Source: Oscillospiraceae bacterium
GTDB lineage: Bacteria; Bacillota; Clostridia; Oscillospirales; CAG-272
Direction of reading: 5' to 3'
Length of the DNA: 64,000 nucleotides
Assembly (NCBI GenBank): GCA_015063325.1
Contig: SVUK01000014.1
Location: 9,918 to 73,917 of the forward strand
Part shown: in pieces, positions 8,742 through 18,344 of the stretch
Layout of the letters: each line of letters starts with the position of its first letter
How positions within the stretch are numbered: position 1 is the first letter of the stretch
Program-made: the position numbers and the translations under genes
The notes under the pieces: model-generated
Database searches by the model: none
Seen by the model: only the letters and a program-made list of their open reading frames with translations
What the model was told of the DNA's origin: nothing

Positions 8742-10010
8742 ATGTTTATGGAATCGATTTTTCAATCTGCCGATATTCTACTGCCCGATTTTAAAAAGAC
8801 CGACGGCACGCGCTGGGCGGTCGTTGCCTGCGACCAGTACACAAGCGACGCCGGGTATTGGAAAACCGCCGAAAATTTTGTTGGCGACGCGCCCTCGACC
8901 CTGCGGCTGATGCTGCCCGAAATCTATCTTGGCAAAGACGACGCAACTCGCATTGAAAAAATTCACGCCGAAATGAAAACCGCTCTGCAAACGGTTTTGC
9001 AAAGGCATTCCGACTGCATGATCTATCTGGAAAGACGTTTGGAAGGCGGTAAAGTGCGCCGCGGTCTGATTGGAAAAATCGACCTTGAAACCTACGATTA
9101 CAATAAAGGGTCAACCTCGCTCATCCGCGCCACCGAGGGCACCGTCCTGGAGCGCATTCCGCCGCGCGTTGCCGTTCGCCGCGGCGCGCCGCTCGAAATG
9201 CCGCATGTGCTTTTGCTGATTGACGATCCTGAGAGAACGGTGATTGAGCCGCTTTCCGGAAAGACAGCCGAAAAGCTTTACGATTTTGACCTGATGGCAG
9301 GCGGCGGACACGTTTGCGGTTATGCGCTTTCCAAAGACGAACAGGAAAAAGCCGTTCGCGCGCTTGCCGCGCTGAGCACGCCAGAAGTTATGAAGAAAAA
9401 ATACGGAAGCGCCGATCTTGCGCCGCTCCTTTTTGCGGTGGGCGACGGCAACCACTCGCTCGCTTCGGCAAAGGCATATTATGAGGAAATCAAAGCAAAA
9501 CTCGGTGCCGCCGCGCTTTCGCACCCAGCAAGATACGCTCTTTGCGAGGTCAACAATTTGCACGACGACGATTTGGAATTTGAACCGATCTACCGCGTGG
9601 TGTTCGGCGCAGACCCCAAAGACTTAACCGATTCCTTCCGTGCCGCCGTATCCAAACTTACCGGAGCCGCAAAGCCGCAAAGCGTGACCGTTCTTTGCGG
9701 AAAAGAGGAGGAAACCATCCAAATCCCGTCCCCCGAAAAACAGCTTCCTGTCGGAACGGTGCAGGCTTTTCTGGACGAGTATCTTGCTTCTCATCCCGGC
9801 GTGCGCGTCGACTATATTCACGGGACGGACGCCGTTCGCCGCCTTGTTGCGGAAAACGATGGAAACGCCGGATTTTTGTTTGCCGGCATGGAGAAGGACC
9901 AACTTTTCCGCACCGTTATGTTTGACGGCGCTCTGCCGCGCAAAACCTTTTCCATGGGACGCGCGCAGGATAAACGTTTCTATTTGGAATGCCGCAAAAT
10001 TGAAGCATAA
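8742..10010 (+). CDS. DUF1015 family protein
   Basis: 422 aa. The N-terminus (..ILLPDF...WAVVACDQYTSD) and the GDGNHSLA segment are typical of DUF1015. The ATG at 8748 may be the true start. A TTGACA/TGATAGAAT promoter-like pair lies about 100 nt upstream. Confidence 0.8.
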   Translation: MFMESIFQSADILLPDFKKTDGTRWAVVACDQYTSDAGYWKTAENFVGDAPSTLRLMLPEIYLGKDDATRIEKIHAEMKTALQTVLQRHSDCMIYLERRLEGGKVRRGLIGKIDLETYDYNKGSTSLIRATEGTVLERIPPRVAVRRGAPLEMPHVLLLIDDPERTVIEPLSGKTAEKLYDFDLMAGGGHVCGYALSKDEQEKAVRALAALSTPEVMKKKYGSADLAPLLFAVGDGNHSLASAKAYYEEIKAKLGAAALSHPARYALCEVNNLHDDDLEFEPIYRVVFGADPKDLTDSFRAAVSKLTGAAKPQSVTVLCGKEEETIQIPSPEKQLPVGTVQAFLDEYLASHPGVRVDYIHGTDAVRRLVAENDGNAGFLFAGMEKDQLFRTVMFDGALPRKTFSMGRAQDKRFYLECRKIEA

Positions 10011-10087
10011 AATATAAAACCAAAAGACCGGAAAACTGCCGAGATCGACAGCTTTCCGGTCTTTCTTTCCGCTTTTCGGGCGATGGC

Positions 10088-10309
10088 TCAATCGTCGGTT
10101 GCGTGCGAATACGATTCGCGCGCACGGAAGATGAGAGAGATGCACCAAAGTCCGGCAAGCGCAACCACGGTGTAGATAATGCGCGAGAGAAGGGAGGAAG
10201 AACCGCCGCAAATACGCGCCACCAGGTCGAATTGGAACAAGCCGATGCTGCCCCAGTTCAGCGCGCCGATCACAACGAGGATCAACGCGATCCGATCCAT
10301 AATCATCAT
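10088..10309 (-). CDS. DUF378 domain membrane protein
   Basis: ORF 10088..10471 trimmed to the ATG at 10309, with an AAAGGAG RBS. The segment MMIMDRIALILVVIGALNWGSIGLFQFDLVA is the DUF378 signature. Confidence 0.75.
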   Translation of the reverse strand: MMIMDRIALILVVIGALNWGSIGLFQFDLVARICGGSSSLLSRIIYTVVALAGLWCISLIFRARESYSHATDD

Positions 10310-10583
10310 GGCAAAAAGGCTCCTTTCGGGAAAAAATACGAGGGGGAAATGCCAAAAACGGAGATCGTCCGTCCCCCATAGCGGCGCAAAATCCGTCGGG
10401 AGTAGTGTATCCGAAAAGATCGGAAAACATACGAAAAACAAAATCGGAAACGGTTGGAAAAACCATTTCAAAAAAAGGATTCAAAAAGCGAAAAACGCTT
10501 GCCGACTTGCGCGTTTTGTCTTGACAAGAGAAAGAAGTTTTGGTATAATCTTTTTGTATGAAATTTACCGTGGAGGGAAGAAA

Positions 10584-11411
10584 ATGGAAGCAAAAAAACT
10601 GCAATCGCTCCAAGAAATTGCAAATCGCGTCCGCATTGGTGTTATTGAAGGAACGCATGCCGCAAAATCGGGTCACCCGGGCGGCTCGCTCTCGGTTGCG
10701 GATATTCTGACCTACCTTTATTTTGAAGAAATGAAAATCGACCCCGAAAATCCCAAATGGGAGGATCGCGACCGCTTCGTGCTCTCCAAAGGGCATTGTG
10801 CGCCGGCGCTTTACGCCGCCCTTGCCGAGCGCGGATTTTTCCCGGTGGAAGAACTGCTCACCCTGCGCAAATTCCCCTCGCGCCTGCAGGGGCACCCCGA
10901 TATGAATTCCACCCCCGGCGTGGATATGTCGGCAGGCTCTTTGGGGCTTGGAATCAGCGCGGCGGCAGGAATGGCGCTCGCCGCAAAGATGGACCGAAAA
11001 TCTTACCGCGTTTATACCGTCGTCGGTGACGGCGAAAGCGAGGAGGGGCAGGTTTGGGAGGCATGTATGTTCGCCGCCCACTATAAACTGGACAACCTTT
11101 GCGTGGTGATTGACTGGAACGGACTGCAGATCGACGGTCCCGTTGCCGAGGTCATGAACCCCACGCCGCACGATAAAAAGCTGGAAGCATTCGGGTTCCA
11201 CGTCATCTCCATCGACGGCAACAATATGGCTGAAATCGCCGCCGCATTTGCCGAGGCGAAAACGGTGAAGGGCAAGCCCACCGCCATCGTTGCAAAAACG
11301 GTGAAGGGCAAGGGCGTTTCGTTTATGGAAAATCAGGTTAAATGGCACGGCAGCGCGCCGAACGACGAGCAGTACGCGCAAGCGATTGCAGAACTGAAAG
11401 GGGGCAACTGA
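10584..11411 (+). CDS. Transketolase, N-terminal (TPP-binding) subunit
   Basis: ORF trimmed to the ATG at 10584 after GGAGGGAAG. Motifs seen: GHPGGSLS, LSKGH and GDGE.EG. A TTGACA..TGGTATAAT promoter lies at about 10520-10549. Confidence 0.9.
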   Translation: MEAKKLQSLQEIANRVRIGVIEGTHAAKSGHPGGSLSVADILTYLYFEEMKIDPENPKWEDRDRFVLSKGHCAPALYAALAERGFFPVEELLTLRKFPSRLQGHPDMNSTPGVDMSAGSLGLGISAAAGMALAAKMDRKSYRVYTVVGDGESEEGQVWEACMFAAHYKLDNLCVVIDWNGLQIDGPVAEVMNPTPHDKKLEAFGFHVISIDGNNMAEIAAAFAEAKTVKGKPTAIVAKTVKGKGVSFMENQVKWHGSAPNDEQYAQAIAELKGGN

Positions 11412-11412
11412 T

Positions 11413-12354
11413 ATGGCGGAAAAACTTGCAACGCGCGAAGCTTACGGCAACGCGCTGGTCGAACTGGCTGAAAAATACGATTTTGTGGTTTTGGACGCCG
11501 ATCTTGCCGAGGCAACCAAAACGGTCAAATTCAAAAAGGCATACCCCGAACGGTTCTTTGACTGCGGCATTGCCGAGGGGAACATGATGAGCGTGGCGGC
11601 AGGAATCGCCTCCACCGGCAAACCGGTGTTTGCCTCCAGCTTTGCCATGTTTGCGGCAGGACGCGCCTTTGAACAAGTGCGAAACTCCATCGGGTATCCG
11701 CATCTCAACGTCAAAATCGGCGCCACGCACGCCGGCATCACCGTCGGCGAGGACGGAGCGACTCACCAGTGCAACGAGGATATCGCCCTCATGCGTACCA
11801 TTCCGGGCATGACCATCGTTAACCCTGCCGACGCGGTTGAAGCACGCGCGGCGGTCGAGGTCGCGCTGAAAACCGAAGGTCCCTTCTATCTGCGTTTCGG
11901 TCGCGCGGCAATGCCGATCTTCAACGATGAAAAGACCTACAAATTTGAACTTGGCAAAGGAGTGGAGCTTGCCAAAGGCAAGGATGTGACCATCATTGCC
12001 ACCGGCATTATGGTTTCCGCCGCATTGGAAGCAAAAGAATTGCTTGCCGCCGAAGGGATCGACGCAGGCGTTGTCAATATCCACACCATTAAACCGCTGG
12101 ATACCGATCTGATTGCAAAGGTCGCCAAAGCGAGCGGCGCCATTGTGACAGCCGAGGAGCATAACACCATTGGAGGACTGGGTTCGGCGGTTGCCGAAGC
12201 GCTTGCCGAGAATTGCCCCGTACCCATGGTGCGTGTGGGCGTAAAGGATACCTACGGGCATTCGGGACCGGTTCCCACGCTGCTGGAAGCCTACGGACTT
12301 ACCTCGGCAGACATTGTCAAAGCCGCCAAAGCCGCGGTTGCAAAAAAAGCATGA
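11413..12354 (+). CDS. Transketolase, C-terminal (pyrimidine-binding) subunit
   Basis: 313 aa, starting 1 nt after the stop of the N-terminal subunit gene. Motifs seen: FDCGIAE and GEDGATHQ. Confidence 0.9.
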   Translation: MAEKLATREAYGNALVELAEKYDFVVLDADLAEATKTVKFKKAYPERFFDCGIAEGNMMSVAAGIASTGKPVFASSFAMFAAGRAFEQVRNSIGYPHLNVKIGATHAGITVGEDGATHQCNEDIALMRTIPGMTIVNPADAVEARAAVEVALKTEGPFYLRFGRAAMPIFNDEKTYKFELGKGVELAKGKDVTIIATGIMVSAALEAKELLAAEGIDAGVVNIHTIKPLDTDLIAKVAKASGAIVTAEEHNTIGGLGSAVAEALAENCPVPMVRVGVKDTYGHSGPVPTLLEAYGLTSADIVKAAKAAVAKKA

Positions 12355-12980
12355 GAAAGATTATTCTCGCGTCGGCGTCCCCACGTCGGCGCGAGATTCT
12401 TCAAAAACTGGGGTTGGATTTTCGGGTGCTGGTCGCCGACGTGGACGAATCGTCCGACGAGCGCGACCCGGGGCTTCTTTGCGCTTCGCTTGCGCGCCGC
12501 AAGGGGGAAGCGGTTCTCGCCAAGCTGAAAGAAACCGGCGAATTAGACCCCGAAGCGGTGATCATTGCCTCGGATACGGTGGTTGCCGTAGAGACGGGCG
12601 ACGGCTGGGAGATCTTCGGTAAACCGAAAAACGAGGACGACGCGCGCCGAATGCTTTCCATACTTTCCGGCAGAAGCCATTTTGTCTATAGCGGCGTCTA
12701 TCTTTGGAGCGGCGGCAGGGGCGTTTCGTCCTTTGACCGCACCGAGGTTGTTTTCAAGGTGATGACCGAAGAACAAATCAACGGCTATATCGCCTCGGGC
12801 GAGCCGTTCGGCAAAGCAGGAAGCTATGCCATTCAGGGGCTTGCCGGAGCGTTTATCGAACGCACCTGCGGTGATTACTATACCGTTGTCGGTCTGCCGG
12901 TGAACGAAATGTGCCGCCTGTATTGCGAAAGCTTTCCCGAAGCGGAGCCGCTCGTTGAAACAATACCGAATGAATTTTGA
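12351..12980 (+). CDS. maf: Maf-like nucleoside triphosphate pyrophosphatase
   Basis: The ATG at 12351 overlaps the transketolase stop (ATGA). MRKIILASASPRRREIL and GKAGSYAIQG are Maf signatures. Confidence 0.85.
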   Translation: MRKIILASASPRRREILQKLGLDFRVLVADVDESSDERDPGLLCASLARRKGEAVLAKLKETGELDPEAVIIASDTVVAVETGDGWEIFGKPKNEDDARRMLSILSGRSHFVYSGVYLWSGGRGVSSFDRTEVVFKVMTEEQINGYIASGEPFGKAGSYAIQGLAGAFIERTCGDYYTVVGLPVNEMCRLYCESFPEAEPLVETIPNEF

Positions 12981-13025
12981 AAGAATCGCAAATCCTTTGA
13001 TTTGAAAAGAAGGAGAATTTTTGCT

Positions 13026-13964
13026 ATGCGTATTTTATTTATGGGAACGCCGGATTTTGCCGTTTTTTCACTGCGTGCGTTGGTGGAAGCCGGCATGGAC
13101 GTGGTTGCCGTCGTTACGCAACCGGACCAGCCCAAAGGGCGCGGCTATGTGCTGACGCCGCCGCCGGTCAAGATTTTCGCGCAGGAGCATGGCATTCCCG
13201 TTTATCAACCCGTACGGCTCAAAAACGGCGAATTTGATGAAACGCTGGCAGAGATTGACCCCGAACTGATCGTTGTCACGGCGTACGGAAAGATTTTGCC
13301 CAAATCGCTGTTGGATTATCCGAAATACGGCTGCGTGAATGTTCACGGATCGCTCCTGCCCGAATACCGCGGCGCGGCGCCCATGCAGCGCGCCATTTTG
13401 GAGGGAAAGAAAGAAACCGGAATTACCACCATGCTGATGGACGAGGGATTAGACACCGGAAAAATGCTGTTACAGGTTCGCGTTCCGATTGAAGAAAACG
13501 ACAATTTTGAAACGATTCACAACAAAATGGGAGAAGCCGGAGCTCCCCTGTTGGTAAAAACCATTCAAGGGATTGCCGAGGGGAGCATTGCGCCGGTGGC
13601 GCAGGACGATTCCAAATCCACCTATGCCGCAAAAATCGAGAAAGCCGACTGCAAGATCGACTTTTCCAAACCGGCGCGCGAGGTGCATAATCGGATTCGC
13701 GCGCTTTCACCGGTTCCGCTTGCCTTTACGCACTTACCGGACGGCAAACTCTTAAAAGTGGTGGTGAGTGAACTTTCCGCCGAAAAATGGGAGCCGGCTC
13801 CTGCCGGAACAGTGATTTCGGTTACGGGCGGAGCGATTACGGTTGCCTGCGGCGAGGGTACGATACGGCTTTTGGAGCTGATTCCCGAGGGCAAATCGCG
13901 CATGAGCGCCGCCGCCTTCATCAACGGTCGCAAAATCGCTGTTGGAGACCGGCTGGGAAACTAA
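13026..13964 (+). CDS. fmt: Methionyl-tRNA formyltransferase
   Basis: ATG at 13026 follows GAAGGAGAA. Motifs seen: MRILFMGTPDFAV, NVHGSLLPEYRGAAP and MDEGLDTG. Confidence 0.9.
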   Translation: MRILFMGTPDFAVFSLRALVEAGMDVVAVVTQPDQPKGRGYVLTPPPVKIFAQEHGIPVYQPVRLKNGEFDETLAEIDPELIVVTAYGKILPKSLLDYPKYGCVNVHGSLLPEYRGAAPMQRAILEGKKETGITTMLMDEGLDTGKMLLQVRVPIEENDNFETIHNKMGEAGAPLLVKTIQGIAEGSIAPVAQDDSKSTYAAKIEKADCKIDFSKPAREVHNRIRALSPVPLAFTHLPDGKLLKVVVSELSAEKWEPAPAGTVISVTGGAITVACGEGTIRLLELIPEGKSRMSAAAFINGRKIAVGDRLGN

Positions 13965-13965
13965 A

Positions 13966-14268
13966 AGTTTTTGATCCAACTTTTTTCAAAAAGTTGGCGG
14001 AGTTTGAGGGGACGAGCGCGACTACCGCCCGTGGCGGAAGCAGGGAGCGCGAGGAGTGGCAGCGGTCGAAATTTCTGCGAGCAGCTATGCGAGCAAAAAG
14101 AAATTTCGGGCACCGCAACAGGAACGGAGCCTCAAGGTCTTTTTTCGCGCTCCGCGCGAACAAAAAGCACCGAAGGTTCGCGCCTTTGGCGCGAAGAAAG
14201 GTCGTGGGACTTTGTCCCACACCCTACCAGCTTTTTTGCAAAAAAGCTGGGCAAAAAACTTTATTAAA
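13966..14268. repeat. Intergenic palindromic repeat cluster C4 (L hairpin, PQ composite, inverted LSR unit)
   Basis: TTGATCCAACTTTTTTCAAAAAGTTGG at 13971-13997. PQ copy at 14007-14122. TTTTCGCGCTCCGCGCGAAC, TTCGCGCCTTTGGCGCGAA, GGTCGTGGGACTTTGTCCCACACC and CCAGCTTTTTTGCAAAAAAGCTGG up to 14268. Confidence 0.85.
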
Positions 14269-14279
14269 GGAGGGTGCGT

Positions 14280-15548
14280 ATGGGTGTCAATGTCCGCAAA
14301 CTGGCTTGGGATACGCTTTGCCGGTGCGAAAAAGCCGGTCAGTACTCCAACCTTGCCACAGACGCTGTTTTAAAGAAAAACCAATTGCCGGACGTTGACC
14401 GCGCTCTTTTAACCGCCCTCGTCTACGGAACGATTGAACGACAGACAACGCTGGACTTTTGGATCGATTCGCTTTCCCAAAAGCCGCCCGAAGCCGAAAT
14501 CCGCGTGCTTTTGCGACTGGGGCTTTACCAGCTCGCCTTTCTCGACCGCGTACCCGATCACGCCGCCGTCAACGAAACGGTTGCGCTTGCGCCCCGGCGC
14601 GCGTCCGGATTTGTCAATGCAGTTCTGCGCTCCTTTTTACGCGCCGGTAAGCAAATTCCGCCGCCCGATCAAACCACCGATCCGGTCGGCTTCCTTTCGG
14701 TCACGGGCGCAGTCTGCCGTCCGCTCGCCGCAAAGATGATCGCCCTTTTCGGAATCGACCGTGCCGCCGCCATTCTGTCGGCAACCTTGCAAAAAAACGA
14801 TACCTGTTTGCGCTATAATCCGCTGAAAGTCGATTTTTTAACCTTTAAAAACGCCCTTTGCGCCGCCGGATACAATCCCGTTCCGATCGGGAAAACCGGT
14901 TTTCGCCTTTCGGGCGCCGCCCCCATCGGCAAACTGCCCGGCTTTTCGGAGGGGTGGTTTTTCGTGCAGGACGAAGCTTCCCAACGGTGCGTTTCGGCAT
15001 TGGAGGCAAAGCCCGGCATGACAATTTTGGACGTTTGCGCCTGCCCCGGCTCCAAATCCTTCGGCGCGGCAATCGATATGAAAAATCAGGGGCGCGTGCT
15101 GTCGTTTGACCTGCACGCCTCCAAACTTTCGCTGGTGGAAAACGGTGCCGCGCGATTGGGCATTTCCATTTTGTCGGTTGCCGAACGTGACGCGCGCAAG
15201 CCTTTGCCCGAGTTGGAAGACAAAGCCGACCGCGTGATTTGCGACGTACCCTGTTCAGGCTTCGGCGTTTTGGCGAAAAAACCAGATTTGCGCTTAAAAT
15301 CCCCGGAAACGAGCGTGGGTCTGCCGCAAATTCAAGCGGCAATCCTTGCGCGTTCGGCAACGTTTTTGCGCCCCGGCGGACGGCTGGTCTATTCCACCTG
15401 CACGATCTTCCCGGAGGAGAACGAGGGCGTGGTCGATCCGTTTTTGGCAGAGCACCCCGATTTTGTTTTGCTTGAAAAACAAACGCTTTATCCCGATACC
15501 AACGGGACCGACGGCTTTTTCTATGCCGTTATTGAACGAAAGACCTGA
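14280..15548 (+). CDS. rsmB: 16S rRNA (cytosine967-C5)-methyltransferase RsmB/Sun
   Basis: ATG at 14280 follows AAAGGAGGG. It has a NusB-like N-domain and the catalytic motifs DVCACPG.K, DVPCSG and YSTCT. Confidence 0.85.
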   Translation: MGVNVRKLAWDTLCRCEKAGQYSNLATDAVLKKNQLPDVDRALLTALVYGTIERQTTLDFWIDSLSQKPPEAEIRVLLRLGLYQLAFLDRVPDHAAVNETVALAPRRASGFVNAVLRSFLRAGKQIPPPDQTTDPVGFLSVTGAVCRPLAAKMIALFGIDRAAAILSATLQKNDTCLRYNPLKVDFLTFKNALCAAGYNPVPIGKTGFRLSGAAPIGKLPGFSEGWFFVQDEASQRCVSALEAKPGMTILDVCACPGSKSFGAAIDMKNQGRVLSFDLHASKLSLVENGAARLGISILSVAERDARKPLPELEDKADRVICDVPCSGFGVLAKKPDLRLKSPETSVGLPQIQAAILARSATFLRPGGRLVYSTCTIFPEENEGVVDPFLAEHPDFVLLEKQTLYPDTNGTDGFFYAVIERKT

Positions 15549-15563
15549 CGAAAGGAGACGGGT

Positions 15564-16628
15564 ATGGAACAACGGGAACTGCTTTCAATGACGCCGGAGG
15601 AACTCCGCGCGTTTTTGGTGGAACTGGGCGAGCCGGGCTATCGCGCCGATCAGATCTTTCCGCAAATGCACAAAGGGATCTCGCCCGACGAAATGACCAA
15701 TCTGCCGCTTGCTTTGCGCAAAAAGCTGGACGAAGTGGCGATTTGGAATCTGCCCGCCGTCTGCAAAAAACTTGTTTCCGCCATTGACGGAACGGTCAAA
15801 TATCTCTTTGCCCTTTCGGACGGCAACTGCGTGGAAAGCGTTGTCATGCAGTATGAACACGGCAACACCATTTGCATTTCCTCGCAGGTCGGCTGCCGCA
15901 TGGGATGCAAATTCTGCGCCTCCACCATCGGCGGCAAGGTGCGCGACCTCTCCGCCGGCGAACTGCTCGGTCAGGTCATTGCCGCCGGGAAAGATACCGG
16001 CGAACGCATTTCCAATATCGTTCTCATGGGAATCGGCGAGCCGCTGGATAATTACGCACAGGTGCTGCGCTTTTTGCGGCTGGTCAATCATCCGTTGGGG
16101 TTGAATATCGGCTACCGGCACATTTCGCTTTCCACCTGCGGACTGGTGGACGGCATTGAAAAATTGCAAAAGGAAGATTTACCCATCACGCTTTCCATCT
16201 CGCTCCACGCGCCCGACGACGAAACGCGCTCGGCAATCATGCCTGTCAACAAACGCTGGGGCGTGGACGCCCTGCTTTCGGCATGCCGCGCATATTTTCG
16301 CGCTACAGGGCGCAGAATTTCTTTTGAGTACACGCTTATTTCGGGCAAAAACGATTCGCCCAAAGACGCCGAAAAATTGGCGGCGGTACTCAATTCGCAT
16401 TTGCGCGACCGCAAAGAGAGTATGCCCATTCACGTCAATCTGATCCCGGTCAACGAAGTTGCCGAAACGGGATTTCACACCTCCGACCGTGCCGCCGTAC
16501 GTAAATTTGCGGCTATTTTGGAAGCAAAAGGAATCCGCGCAACGGTTCGCCGCACGCTGGGAGCCGATATCAACGCCTCCTGCGGACAGCTCCGCCGCGC
16601 CGCCGCCGGCAGTGCCGGAGCCGAATAA
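15564..16628 (+). CDS. rlmN: 23S rRNA/tRNA (adenine2503-C2)-methyltransferase RlmN (radical SAM)
   Basis: Shows the CRMGCKFCAS radical-SAM cluster, GIGEPLDN and a C-terminal CGQL. Confidence 0.9.
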   Translation: MEQRELLSMTPEELRAFLVELGEPGYRADQIFPQMHKGISPDEMTNLPLALRKKLDEVAIWNLPAVCKKLVSAIDGTVKYLFALSDGNCVESVVMQYEHGNTICISSQVGCRMGCKFCASTIGGKVRDLSAGELLGQVIAAGKDTGERISNIVLMGIGEPLDNYAQVLRFLRLVNHPLGLNIGYRHISLSTCGLVDGIEKLQKEDLPITLSISLHAPDDETRSAIMPVNKRWGVDALLSACRAYFRATGRRISFEYTLISGKNDSPKDAEKLAAVLNSHLRDRKESMPIHVNLIPVNEVAETGFHTSDRAAVRKFAAILEAKGIRATVRRTLGADINASCGQLRRAAAGSAGAE

Positions 16629-16785
16629 GAAGTTCCTTGAAAATACAACTTGAAAATATAAAAAAATATATAGGTAAAGTATATAAAATATTTTCGTTCT
16701 TGTAAAGGTTTCCATTCATGGCAGAAATGTGTGATCGGAAAGTCCGGTTTCCGTTTTACATCACTCAAAGAAACGGAGAAAAGCC

Positions 16786-17310
16786 ATGTGGAAAAAATTA
16801 TTGTTTTCAAGTTTACTGCTCATTGCCGTCTCGTTCGTGGTGCTGGACGCACTGTTCGGCATTGTTTTAAGGCGCGGTGAACGCGTAACCGTTCCCGATT
16901 TTTGCGGAGCGAACGAAACTTCGCTCGCCGCCGACGAGAGATTTTCCGTTACCGCCGAATATCGATACGACGAAAGCCCTGCCGGAACCATTCTTTCGCA
17001 GGAGCCGCCTGCCGGATCGGTACGAAAAATCGGCGAGGATCGGGAGCGCTGTCAGGTGCGCGTGGTGGTCAGTATGGGACCCGAAACGATCGCGCTGCCC
17101 GACCTGGCCGGGGAAAACGGTAAAGTTGCGGCAACCGAACTGCGCAATAGAGGTTTTTCAGTCGAACTGCTGACCGATCCTGCCGCGTCTCTTTCGGTCG
17201 CCGGAAAAGTGACGCGCATGGAGCCGCCGGCAGGAAGCCTTTTGGTCACCGGCAGTGCGGTACGATTATACGTTTCCTCCGGACTTTCCGAGGCGGAACC
17301 GGAAGAATAA
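16786..17310 (+). CDS. Membrane-anchored protein with two PASTA domains and no kinase domain
   Basis: 174 aa. An N-terminal TM segment (LLFSSLLLIAVSFVVL) is followed by two PASTA-like repeats (VTVPDFCG...VRVVVS and IALPDLAGENG...VRLYVS). It occupies the slot of prkC between rlmN and rsgA. Confidence 0.75.
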   Translation: MWKKLLFSSLLLIAVSFVVLDALFGIVLRRGERVTVPDFCGANETSLAADERFSVTAEYRYDESPAGTILSQEPPAGSVRKIGEDRERCQVRVVVSMGPETIALPDLAGENGKVAATELRNRGFSVELLTDPAASLSVAGKVTRMEPPAGSLLVTGSAVRLYVSSGLSEAEPEE

Positions 17311-17336
17311 AAGAATTAAGGAAAGGAGAAACCCGA

Positions 17337-18338
17337 ATGCCAAAGGGATATGGATATGTCATTTGGGGCGTTGGCGGACTTTATCGCGTGCAGCTGTTAC
17401 CGGCAAGTGCCAAAGCTGTTCCAAAGCCTTATGAAAATCAGCCGCTGGACGGCAAGACGGTCGTTGCGCGCGGCAGAGGAAATTTGCGGCGCGGCGAGGG
17501 GCTTCTCATCGGCGATTTTGTCGAAATTTCCTATGACGAAACCTCCTATGCGCTGAAAAACGGAATCGTTGACCCATCTCCGGACGGCACCGGAATCGTC
17601 ATTTCCGATATCCTGCCCCGTCGGTCGTCGCTTATCCGACCGCCCATGGCAAATTTGGATGTTCTGTTCGTCACCACCGCGGCGGCTTCCCCTGCCCCCG
17701 ACCTTGGTACGTTGGATAAACTGCTTTGTATTGCCGTTCACAATTATATTCTTCCCGTGGTCGTCATCAACAAATGTGATCTTGCCGCCGAAAAAGCAAA
17801 CGAGATGAAAAAAATTTACGAAACTGCCGGATTTTTGACCTTTTCCACCGTCGGCAACACAGGCGAAGGCGTGGACGCGCTGAAAGAATGGATCCAAACG
17901 AATCTAAACGGCAAACTTGCGGCGTTTGCAGGCGCTTCGGGAGTTGGAAAATCAACGCTTTTGGGCAACCTGTTTCCAGGAATTTCTTTTCAAACCGGTG
18001 ACATCAGCCGCCGCATTGCGCGCGGCAAAAACACCACGAGGCAAATCGAAATTCATCCGCTTTCGGAAAGTCCCGACTGCGGCTACATCGCCGATACGCC
18101 CGGCTTTACCATGCTGGATTTTGAGCAGTTCGACTTTTTTGATTTAGACGACCTGCCGCATACCTTTCCCGAATTTGCACCCTATCTGGGGAAATGTCGC
18201 TATACCGATTGCACCCACACAAAAGAGGAAGGATGCGGCATCGTGGAAGCGGTCCGGTCGGGAAAAATCGCACCATCACGCCATGAAACCTATCTTTCCC
18301 TCTACCAAATCCTCAAAAAGAAACCAAAATGGAAATAA
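17337..18338 (+). CDS. rsgA: Ribosome small-subunit-dependent GTPase A
   Basis: Circularly permuted GTPase motifs (NKCDL, GASGVGKSTL, DTPGF) and a C-terminal zinc knuckle C.Y.DC.H..E.GC. Confidence 0.9.
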   Translation: MPKGYGYVIWGVGGLYRVQLLPASAKAVPKPYENQPLDGKTVVARGRGNLRRGEGLLIGDFVEISYDETSYALKNGIVDPSPDGTGIVISDILPRRSSLIRPPMANLDVLFVTTAAASPAPDLGTLDKLLCIAVHNYILPVVVINKCDLAAEKANEMKKIYETAGFLTFSTVGNTGEGVDALKEWIQTNLNGKLAAFAGASGVGKSTLLGNLFPGISFQTGDISRRIARGKNTTRQIEIHPLSESPDCGYIADTPGFTMLDFEQFDFFDLDDLPHTFPEFAPYLGKCRYTDCTHTKEEGCGIVEAVRSGKIAPSRHETYLSLYQILKKKPKWK

Positions 18339-18344
18339 AAAAAG

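Noticed and set aside
13787-14398. ORFs lying inside the palindromic repeat clusters. Examples: 248..880, 13787..14398, 13921..14220, 18532..18771, 18583..18894, 21268..21507, 34494..34865, 39083..39613, 42288..42677, 45734..45973.
   Set aside because: The same peptide snippets (RGRKLFCKKVSSPS, GGSREREEW, FVPHPTSFF...) appear on both strands simply because the DNA is palindromic and repeated. They have no RBS, no consistent frame between copies, and they run into neighbouring genes.
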